A DNA stretch of 32,000 nucleotides from an uncultured archaeon (GTDB lineage Archaea > Asgardarchaeota > Thorarchaeia > Thorarchaeales > Thorarchaeaceae): assembly GCA_964354495.1 (NCBI GenBank), contig CAYHAA010000005.1, positions 1 through 32,000 on the forward strand. The letters are read 5' to 3'. How positions within the stretch are numbered: the stretch's first letter is position 1; every line of letters starts with the position of its first letter. Both the position numbers and the translations under genes were made by a program. Positions 15,817 through 23,175 of this stretch are shown here, piece by piece. The notes beneath the pieces were generated by a model. The model ran no database searches, was not told the origin of the DNA, and was given only the letters and a program-made list of their open reading frames with translations.

Positions 15817-17075
15817 GCTGGAAAGAGGAGAGAAGCCAAGTATCGAGATTCGAAGGCTGGGTTCCCAGCCATCTCGATGTACGTGAGATGAGTTACCAGC
15901 TGTTCTGTCTTTTTTCGATTCTCCGGAATCATTAGTAGGTCCGCTCCATCAATAGCGCCCCGACTATGCTGGGTGATAGTCGCATTGGGAAATCTTGGAA
16001 GCATGCCGATTCTGCATGCATCCTCTATTCGCAGGTCGGAGCCGAACACACCAGTGATATAGAGGGTTTCGACTTGTTCAGCATCCAGTCTAGCCTTATG
16101 AAGGAGCAGCCCTATGACTCCTCGAATTGCAGCCTTAGACTGTTGGAGCATTCGGACATCAGGCTGGGACATAACGATTTGTCGGCCGCTGGCTGAAGCC
16201 GTATTGTCGACGAGAATGTAGTATGCAGTACTGCTATCGAGAGAGAGCCATCTTGAATTGAGGTTCCTATTGAATGAGCCTCTGGGGAGTATAATGTTCC
16301 TATCCAGCATTGCTGCTAGAGCTGATATCGCTCCCGTGCCGCAGACGCCACGCGGCTTCTCTCCTCCAATAGTCTTGCATTTGGGTCGCAGCGTACCTTG
16401 GTCAATCTGCACAGTGCTTATCGCACCACTCTCGCCAGGCATACCGCACTGCATTGACATAGCCTCGAAGGCGGGGCCCGAAGCAGCTGATGCAATCCAG
16501 ACGCCCTCTGTAGACTTGACCGCAATCTCTGTATTGGTACCGATGTCCATCGCGATGCAATTCGTTCGCGGTTCCAAGAATCCAGCAGCTAGCATCATCG
16601 CAGGCGCATCAGCCCCAATGAAAGACTCGACAATGGGAGGAGAGTAGCATTCTGCATCCTGCAGGACTGTGAAACCAATATCTGCAGCAGGCATGTGAAC
16701 AGGTGCCGTAGCATCCGCAGTGTAAGGTGCCTTCGCCAAGGATGAAACAGAGAGGTCAAAGAATAAATGGTGCATCACTGTATTGCCAACAATGATGACC
16801 TTCCTGATAGTAGCTGGGTCAAGCTGAAGCTGTTTGAGTATCGCAGAGTGTCCATCTTGAACGGCGGCACGGATGAGAGCTGTAAGTTGTTGAGCATTCT
16901 CTCTCTTACGAACTGAATAAGTTACTCGAGAGATGATGTCGGCACCAAATTGTGTCTGTGGATTGGGTACGACAAGCTCGAACACCACCTGAATGTCGGA
17001 CAGCCGGACAAGATGAAGCGTGATGTTAGACGTGCCAATATCCACAGAGAGTCCGTACTCATGAGCGCGTTGCAA
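15810..17075 (-). CDS. ASKHA-domain (DUF4445/RACo-like) ATPase, putative reductive activator of corrinoid proteins, without an Fe-S domain
   Basis: VDIGTS, NPQTQFGADIISR, GNTVMHHLF, FIGADA, MDIGTNTEI, ASGPAFEA, GVCGTG and LQQSKAAIRG. TTG start follows GAGGA. Confidence 0.88.
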   Translation of the reverse strand: MQRAHEYGLSVDIGTSNITLHLVRLSDIQVVFELVVPNPQTQFGADIISRVTYSVRKRENAQQLTALIRAAVQDGHSAILKQLQLDPATIRKVIIVGNTVMHHLFFDLSVSSLAKAPYTADATAPVHMPAADIGFTVLQDAECYSPPIVESFIGADAPAMMLAAGFLEPRTNCIAMDIGTNTEIAVKSTEGVWIASAASGPAFEAMSMQCGMPGESGAISTVQIDQGTLRPKCKTIGGEKPRGVCGTGAISALAAMLDRNIILPRGSFNRNLNSRWLSLDSSTAYYILVDNTASASGRQIVMSQPDVRMLQQSKAAIRGVIGLLLHKARLDAEQVETLYITGVFGSDLRIEDACRIGMLPRFPNATITQHSRGAIDGADLLMIPENRKKTEQLVTHLTYIEMAGNPAFESRYLASLLFPAQ

Positions 17076-17110
17076 CCGCCAACATTCCTCATGAAGCTAA
17101 GCGAGATTGA

Positions 17111-17560
17111 CTAGCGAACAATCATCACAGGGCACGACGCATTCTTAGAAACCTTGTCACTGATAGATCCAGTGAAAAGACGCTTCAACCCACTCACACC
17201 TCTTGAGCCCATGATAATCATGCCAATGCCCCTCTCGCTTGCAATGTCGATGATTTGAGATGCGGGGTCTCCGTGAGATAGCAGATCAATGACTTCGCAT
17301 CCACAGCTTGCTGCAATCTTCTTGGCTCTCTCCAGAATGTCCTCACCAAGATTTTGAAGGGAAACAAAGGGCTGGTCTGTGACTGTGTCGTGGTACGGCG
17401 TTGCTGAAACGACCATTGGAACAACATGAAGCAGAATGAGCTCTGCGCCCAATGGAGGCCCCATGGCACAGGCGTAGCGTACTGCCTTTTCTGCATACGC
17501 AGATCCATCGACTGCTACTAGGATGCTCTTTATTGTGATGGGTTCATTGCTCTCGCTCAT
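17111..17560 (-). CDS. Universal stress protein (Usp family)
   Basis: ILVAVDGS, GDPASQII, MGSRGVSGLKRLFTGSISDKV and PVMIVR. Confidence 0.95.
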   Translation of the reverse strand: MSESNEPITIKSILVAVDGSAYAEKAVRYACAMGPPLGAELILLHVVPMVVSATPYHDTVTDQPFVSLQNLGEDILERAKKIAASCGCEVIDLLSHGDPASQIIDIASERGIGMIIMGSRGVSGLKRLFTGSISDKVSKNASCPVMIVR

Positions 17561-17678
17561 CTAACACCCTCTATTGCTTCTCTGATAGACCATCAGCCTT
17601 ATCTCTCTTTCTCAAGAAACCCTGTTTTTCCAACAATATGCTTACTCGGTTGCGCTGAGTGAAACACCCATATTCATC

Positions 17679-18080
17679 ATGCTCGAGGGAGTTCCATTCA
17701 ACAACTTGGAGAACAAAGGAATGGACCTCAGTAAGATTAGGACAGAAGAGAATGTGAAGCGAGCAACACTCGAGATACCGGGTTATACCGTGTTCGACAG
17801 CATGGTGTATGCGGCGACATTCAGGATCCCGAGAGGAAAGGTCAGTACCTATGGCAGGGTCGCAAAGATGATTGGAAAACCCAAGGCCTATCGCGCTGTG
17901 GCGCACTCACTGCACAGGAATCCACTCTTTCCTGTCGTTGCCTGTCATCGTGTTGTGAAAGAAGATGGCAGTTTTGGTGGAGATGAAGCTGGAGCTGCTG
18001 GAAGACGTAAGAATTGCGAGGAAGAAGGTGTACCAACTGCAAAGGGAAAAGTCGTGATGAAGAAGGAACTCATCTTCTGA
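17679..18080 (+). CDS. ogt: O6-alkylguanine-DNA alkyltransferase (MGMT family), short form
   Basis: IPRGKVSTYGRVA, RAVA, NP, and active-site ACHRVV (variant of PCHR), followed by DGSFGG and EEG. Confidence 0.85.
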   Translation: MLEGVPFNNLENKGMDLSKIRTEENVKRATLEIPGYTVFDSMVYAATFRIPRGKVSTYGRVAKMIGKPKAYRAVAHSLHRNPLFPVVACHRVVKEDGSFGGDEAGAAGRRKNCEEEGVPTAKGKVVMKKELIF

Positions 18081-18153
18081 TCAGTTAGTGATTGCAGCTC
18101 CGTCCTCTGGAGCAACAGATAGCTACGGAGTATTTCGAAGACGGATTGTCTTG

Positions 18154-18185
18154 TAGACTTATGGTATTTCATACCATGGAGTCTA
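18154..18185. terminator. Long inverted repeat between convergent ogt and glyS
   Basis: TAGACT-T-ATGGTAT-TTC-ATACCAT-GG-AGTCTA forms 7-bp plus 6-bp stems overlapping the glyS stop codon. Confidence 0.4.
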
Positions 18186-19700
18186 CTTCAATGAACTGAA
18201 GAGCATTAGTCCGCGAACGAGTTTTCTTAGCACTTGTGGCAGCTCATCCTTGTGCACTCTGATCTGCTCCATTGAGTCACGTTCTCTGATGGTGACCGTG
18301 CCATCCTCGACTGTTGTATAATCAATGGTGACGCAGAAGGGAGTACCTACCTCATCTTGACGCCTGTACCTCTTACCTATCGACCCGCCAACATCGAACT
18401 GCACAATGAACCCCGAGTCCATAAGTGCAATATAGATCTCTCTAGCTGGTCCAAGAAGTTCATCCTTGCCCATCAGAGGAAAAACAGCGACCTGAATGGG
18501 AGCCACTTCTGGGGGAAACCTCAGCCAATCTGTGTCGCGAGCCTCGCTCTCAGGCTGGAATGAATTGTCAATTAGGCAGAAGAGGGGTCTCTCGATACCG
18601 AAGGCAATCTCGAGCACATTAGGGACAACAAGTTGCTTGTCAACAGTGACACTCAGCTTCTCCTTGGAGAACTCCTGATGTCTGGTGAGGTCGTAGTTGC
18701 CTCGGTCGTGGATACCGCAACACTCCACCCAGCCAAAGCTCTTTGTGAGGACCTCTACGTCCCATGCATCCTTTGCATAGTGAGCGCGCTCGGCAGGGGA
18801 ATGCTGCCTGAGGCGCATCTTTTCCTCTGTAAAGCCCATGCTTCGAAAGATGGAGTAGGCAAGATTGACACACCATGCATAGGCGGGGTTCCGAAAGTGA
18901 TTCTTCTTGATTGCCTCGGACAACTTCATCTTGAGGGGCACATTATCGCCCTTCTGTTGAATAGCGTAAGGGAGAAGCGGCAGCATATTATCCTTAATCT
19001 CGTCAAACTGCGACCAGGACTTCTCATCCTCCTCGAGTATGAAGATTTGACCCTCGGTTTGGGTAAACTCGCGCAGGCGCAGCATACCCTGCCGGGGTGA
19101 GATCTCATTGCGGTACGCCTTGCCGATTTGAAAGACAGACATTGGGAGTTTATCCCGGAAGAAGGTCAAGAGGCGTCTGAAGAGCAAGTAGGTCGTTGTA
19201 GCGGTCTCTGGTCTCAAGTACGCATCTTGGTCAAGACCGAGTCTTGTCTTCATCATGAGATTGAACGGTTCTACTGGCCCCAAAGGACTCCTGCATGATG
19301 GGCAGACTACGTCGAGTCTCTTGATGCTCTCCGTGAGTTCATCCAGTGACTGTCCTGCAATCCTTGCACCGGGAGATTGTTCCTCAATCAGATTATCGGC
19401 GCGATAGATCTGTCCACACTTTGTGCATTGGGTGACGGGGTCGACGAATCCATCTAGATGTCCAGAGGCTTTCCAGACTGCAGCCTGAGATACTGTAGGG
19501 CATTCGACCTCCCAGAAATTCGCCCTTACAAATGACGAGCGGATAATGCTCTCAAGACGGTTCTTCAGCAGCTTGCCGAGTGGACCTAAGTCATAGAATC
19601 CAGAGCTGCCTCCATAGATCTCTGGAGAGGGGCCCCAGAAGAATCCCCGTTTCTTGGCTAAGCCAGTGATAGTTTCACCGAAATCACGCTCTGAACTCAT
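18183..19700 (-). CDS. glyS: Glycine--tRNA ligase, alpha2 (archaeal/eukaryotic) type
   Basis: KKRGFFWGPSPEIYGG, YDLGPLG, SGHLDGFVDP, LRPETA, YRNEISPRQG, REFTQ, WVECCGIHDRG and the anticodon domain GSIGKRYRRQDEVGTPFCVTID. Start reset to ATG 19700. Confidence 0.97.
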   Translation of the reverse strand: MSSERDFGETITGLAKKRGFFWGPSPEIYGGSSGFYDLGPLGKLLKNRLESIIRSSFVRANFWEVECPTVSQAAVWKASGHLDGFVDPVTQCTKCGQIYRADNLIEEQSPGARIAGQSLDELTESIKRLDVVCPSCRSPLGPVEPFNLMMKTRLGLDQDAYLRPETATTTYLLFRRLLTFFRDKLPMSVFQIGKAYRNEISPRQGMLRLREFTQTEGQIFILEEDEKSWSQFDEIKDNMLPLLPYAIQQKGDNVPLKMKLSEAIKKNHFRNPAYAWCVNLAYSIFRSMGFTEEKMRLRQHSPAERAHYAKDAWDVEVLTKSFGWVECCGIHDRGNYDLTRHQEFSKEKLSVTVDKQLVVPNVLEIAFGIERPLFCLIDNSFQPESEARDTDWLRFPPEVAPIQVAVFPLMGKDELLGPAREIYIALMDSGFIVQFDVGGSIGKRYRRQDEVGTPFCVTIDYTTVEDGTVTIRERDSMEQIRVHKDELPQVLRKLVRGLMLFSSLK

Positions 19701-19842
19701 GCTATTCATCCAAGCTGCAACGTTCAATGGTTGTGAAATAAACCCTATGGTTGATTGCTCTAGCTGATTGCTATTCATCATAATAGGAACAGTCTTTTAT
19801 GGAAAAGTCGATGATGAGTATCAAAGCTGCCGAGGTCTTATG

Positions 19843-21105
19843 ATGGTCGAAGACTCGAAGATGTCAGGATTCTATAAACTGTCACGTAAGGAACGCGTGA
19901 AGATGCTCATGAAAGTCACCGGGATTGGTGAGGAGGACCTTGGACCGCTTATTGATCCTGGAAAGGTAGACCTGGAGATCCTTGACCATATGATTGAGAA
20001 TGTAGTAGGAGCCATGACCCTGCCTCTCGGAATAGCAACCAATTTCAAGGTCGACGGAAAAGACTACTTGATACCCATGGCTCTCGAAGAACCATCTGTT
20101 GTGGCAGCCGCGAGCAATGCGGCAAGAATGGCAAGAGACCTCGGAGGATTCACAGCGACAGACACAGGGCCGCTGATGATTGCTCAGATACAGGCAGTAG
20201 AAGTGCGCACGCCCTATGCTGCGAAGAACAGAGTCATTGAAGCGAAGGATGAGTTGCTGCAACTGGCAAACGAGCAGGATCCCATACTAGTCCGTTTTGG
20301 AGGAGGGGCAAGAGACCTCAGAGTCCGCATCATCGATACATCAGTGGGTGTGATGCTCATCACAGAGCTGATCATCGACACGCGCGATGCCATGGGTGCG
20401 AATGCAGTCAATACAATGGCTGAAGCACTGGCTCCACGAATAGAGAAGTTGACAGGTGGAAGAGTGATCCTCAGGATACTCTCGAATCTTGCGGAGTATA
20501 GACTTGTCCGTGCTAGGGCAACCTTCGATAAGGAGATGCTCGGCGGAGAGGACGTCGTCAATGATATCATTGCTGCCTGGGCTTTTGCGGAGGCAGATCC
20601 CTACAGATGTGCGACACATAACAAGGGCATCATGAATGGGATTGATGCAGTCGTGATAGCCACTGGCAACGACTTTCGTGCGATTGAAGCGGGAGCTCAC
20701 AGTTACGCCGCTGTAGACGGATACCGGTCTCTCACGAAATATGAGAAGGACGCAGATGGGAACTTGGTGGGTTCGATTGAGCTTCCAATGGCAGTGGGTC
20801 TTGTTGGCGGTGCGACAAAGGTACATCCTGTTGCACGGGCATGCGTGAAAATACTCGGTGTGAAGACAGCACTCGAATTGGGACATGTCATTGCTAGTGT
20901 CGGACTCGCACAGAACTTGGCTGCACTCCGCGCATTGGCTTCTGAGGGCATTCAGAAGGGACATATGGCGCTTCACGCACGCAATGTGGCGGCTACGGCA
21001 GGAGCTCGTGGAGAGCAAGTTGATATCATTGCTAAGAAACTCGTCGAGGAAAAGAATGTGAAGGTTGAGAGAGCAAAAGAGATACTTGATGAGACAAGCA
21101 AGTAG
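19843..21105 (+). CDS. mvaA: HMG-CoA reductase, class II
   Basis: MIENVVG, EEPSVVAAAS, DAMGAN, THNKGIMNGIDAV, GNDFRAIEAGAH and GIQKGHMALHA. ATG 19843 follows GAGGT. Confidence 0.96.
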   Translation: MVEDSKMSGFYKLSRKERVKMLMKVTGIGEEDLGPLIDPGKVDLEILDHMIENVVGAMTLPLGIATNFKVDGKDYLIPMALEEPSVVAAASNAARMARDLGGFTATDTGPLMIAQIQAVEVRTPYAAKNRVIEAKDELLQLANEQDPILVRFGGGARDLRVRIIDTSVGVMLITELIIDTRDAMGANAVNTMAEALAPRIEKLTGGRVILRILSNLAEYRLVRARATFDKEMLGGEDVVNDIIAAWAFAEADPYRCATHNKGIMNGIDAVVIATGNDFRAIEAGAHSYAAVDGYRSLTKYEKDADGNLVGSIELPMAVGLVGGATKVHPVARACVKILGVKTALELGHVIASVGLAQNLAALRALASEGIQKGHMALHARNVAATAGARGEQVDIIAKKLVEEKNVKVERAKEILDETSK

Positions 21106-21106
21106 A

Positions 21107-21157
21107 GAAGGCCGGGCTTCGGAGAGGTATTTAGAAACCTCCTTACTCTTTTTCTTT
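21107..21157 (+). terminator. Hairpin(s) plus U-rich terminator after HMG-CoA reductase
   Basis: GAAG/CTTC and GAGGT/ACCTC stems followed by CTTACTCTTTTTTCTTT. Confidence 0.5.
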
Positions 21158-21240
21158 GAATTCGATGTGTATCTGCGTCTAGAAGTAGATTAATGTGAGA
21201 ATGCTGCATCTATGTAAGCCATTGGGGAAGGTGATTAGTC

Positions 21241-22146
21241 TTGGCCAATGCACCGGGGAGTACAAACAAGATGGTAGGGCTTTTTCTTGTAGTCGTTCTG
21301 GTATCTGCTGCTGCGTTTTCCTATGTTCTAATGACAAACACTGAAAACCAAAATGATTCAGGTGATGGCCCTACATCTCCAATTCTCGATATTGATGATG
21401 CCATACATATCGATGGTGATGGTGAGTTCCAGAACTATACCATGGAGTATTCAGTGCCCGGTAATGGAACGGCGGAATATCCATATGTCATTCAAAATCT
21501 GAGCATGGTAGAAGAAGGCATTTGCATCGATATCAGGAATGTTGAAGCGTCATTCATTATTCGAGATTGTGAACTCAAGACGACTGCATATTACTGGGGG
21601 ATGGCATTCTATCTAAGGAATTGTCATAATGCGAGCATAGAAAGATGCAGGACTGAAGGAGGAATATCAGGTATAGAGTTCTTTGATTGCAGTGATGTAG
21701 TAGTACAGGACTGTCTTGTGAGTACTAGTGGCTGTGGGATCAATTCAAGCGTCTCTCAACGTCCAATCATAAGAGGGAATACAGTTTCTAACAACACCTA
21801 TGGCATCACTATCGTAGGCTCCAATGAATCAATCATTGAGAGCAACAGGATATCCTACAATGAACTAGGACTCTGGTCCCAATTCTCCTATAACTGCACC
21901 CTCAAAAACTGCAATGTAACTGAAAATAAACTTGGAGTTCATATTGATGTAGGTTGCAGAAACTGGGTGATCCACTCGAATAGGTTCGCAGGCAACATGG
22001 ATGGCAATGCTGAAGATGATGGGAGTATGAATCAGTGGGACGACGGAGTCAGTATCGGAAATATCTGGGATGACTACTCAGGCATTGGCTGGTACCCGAT
22101 ACCTGGAACCGCGGCTAGCTCGGATGGTTTTCCCCGAGGCGCCTAG
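21241..22146 (+). CDS. Membrane-anchored right-handed parallel beta-helix (NosD/CASH-like) protein
   Basis: N-terminal TM helix (VGLFLVVVLVSAAAFSYVLM); GNGTAEYPYVI cap; repeated GI...N.I..N..G coils; C-terminal NQWDDG...GNIWDDYSG. TTG start follows GGTGA. Confidence 0.85.
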   Translation: MANAPGSTNKMVGLFLVVVLVSAAAFSYVLMTNTENQNDSGDGPTSPILDIDDAIHIDGDGEFQNYTMEYSVPGNGTAEYPYVIQNLSMVEEGICIDIRNVEASFIIRDCELKTTAYYWGMAFYLRNCHNASIERCRTEGGISGIEFFDCSDVVVQDCLVSTSGCGINSSVSQRPIIRGNTVSNNTYGITIVGSNESIIESNRISYNELGLWSQFSYNCTLKNCNVTENKLGVHIDVGCRNWVIHSNRFAGNMDGNAEDDGSMNQWDDGVSIGNIWDDYSGIGWYPIPGTAASSDGFPRGA

Positions 22147-22234
22147 GTAGAATGACATATTATCTGCTCTAGTCGTAGAGTCTTTCAGTTTGCTCTTTCT
22201 CTTGAAGTGGTCAGAAACAAATCCAATGTCAAAG

Positions 22235-22273
22235 TCAGCCGGTTGTACTGAATTTCACTCTGTATTCAGCCAT
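22235..22273 (-). other. Candidate 12-codon small ORF MAEYRVKFSTTG with a perfect Shine-Dalgarno site
   Basis: GGAGGTG (22286-22280), a 6-nt spacer, ATG 22273 and TGA at 22237-22235, in a 290-nt gap with no annotated ORF. Confidence 0.3.
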
Positions 22274-22436
22274 TGACAGCACCTCCGTCATTCTTCTTTC
22301 TAGGTTCTTGCTGGAAAATATAGTTCCCATCTAGACCGCTGTTCGCCCTAGAAACATATTTGTGCAGCACAATTACCTATTTACAACCAGTCCAGCATAG
22401 TCTATATGAGATTCTGGTGTTTCGAGGTCGAGATAT

Positions 22437-23171
22437 ATGGAAGACGATTGCACACAATGGGAACGGCTCGCCAATGAATTCTTGGAGAATAACAACTACT
22501 ACCAAGCCGCGAACCAATTCAAACAGGCTGCAAGTTGCTATCTCGATCGTGCACTCGAGATGACCAAGAAGGCTGCAGAGTATTACCATATGTATGCTGA
22601 GGACCGTGTTGAGAATGATGATCACAAGGCTGCCGCAACAGCCTACCTTGAGGCAGCCACTCAATATAGGCAAACGAGTGACTTTGCCACTGCTCTGACA
22701 TTGTATGAGAATGCTGCAAAGGAAGCCCTGCTTGAGAGGATGACAGAAACAGCCGCTCAGGCATATCTCTGGGCAGCCTTTTCGTGTCACAGGATAGGAA
22801 ACCGCGAGTACTTCTTGACATGCGCCCAAAACATGGGCAACCTCTATGACAAGGCAGCTGAGAAAGCCATCGACAATGGAAACGCAGAACGCGCCGTGAT
22901 TGATCTCTCACTTGCAGCCATGGCCTTTGCCACCATCGAGAGAATGGACAAGGCCAAAGAGAGAATCGAGAAGGCAAAGAAGATCATTGGAAGGACGACT
23001 TGGGACTGGCTGGAAACGCTCTTGGCCTTTAGTGAAAATCTTGCTCAGAATAGGCTTGAGGAAGCAGACGACCTTCTCAAGATCTTCAAGGAAGAAGAAG
23101 CCATCCAAGAAGTCATGGGTGCTTGTCTCAGTATCAGGGAAGAGATACAGAGGAAGCGTCGTCAGTCGTAG
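22437..23171 (+). CDS. All-helical TPR-like protein resembling alpha-SNAP/Sec17 (soluble NSF attachment protein)
   Basis: Repeated A-A-x-x-(F/Y)-x-x-A-A helices (YYQAANQFKQAASCY, HKAAATAYLEAATQY, TAAQAYLWAA). No signal peptide or TM helix. ATG follows GAGGT. Confidence 0.7.
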   Translation: MEDDCTQWERLANEFLENNNYYQAANQFKQAASCYLDRALEMTKKAAEYYHMYAEDRVENDDHKAAATAYLEAATQYRQTSDFATALTLYENAAKEALLERMTETAAQAYLWAAFSCHRIGNREYFLTCAQNMGNLYDKAAEKAIDNGNAERAVIDLSLAAMAFATIERMDKAKERIEKAKKIIGRTTWDWLETLLAFSENLAQNRLEEADDLLKIFKEEEAIQEVMGACLSIREEIQRKRRQS

Positions 23172-23175
23172 GGTC

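Noticed and set aside
19811-19860. ATGATGA-12 nt-CCGA pattern resembling a C/D box
   Set aside because: No terminal D box, and it overlaps the HMGR SD and start codon. It also shows such patterns can arise by chance.
20341-21018. 225-aa Cys/His-rich minus-strand ORF
   Set aside because: Antisense to the well-supported HMG-CoA reductase; its composition is a by-product of sense-strand codon usage.
22226-22240. CTT-TGA-C on the minus strand, resembling the prfB +1 frameshift site
   Set aside because: It lies after an earlier TGA, and archaea do not use RF2.
22338-22348. GCTGTTCGCCC, resembling the 23S rRNA A-loop sequence
   Set aside because: Isolated 11-mer with no C/D or H/ACA boxes and no surrounding rRNA sequence.
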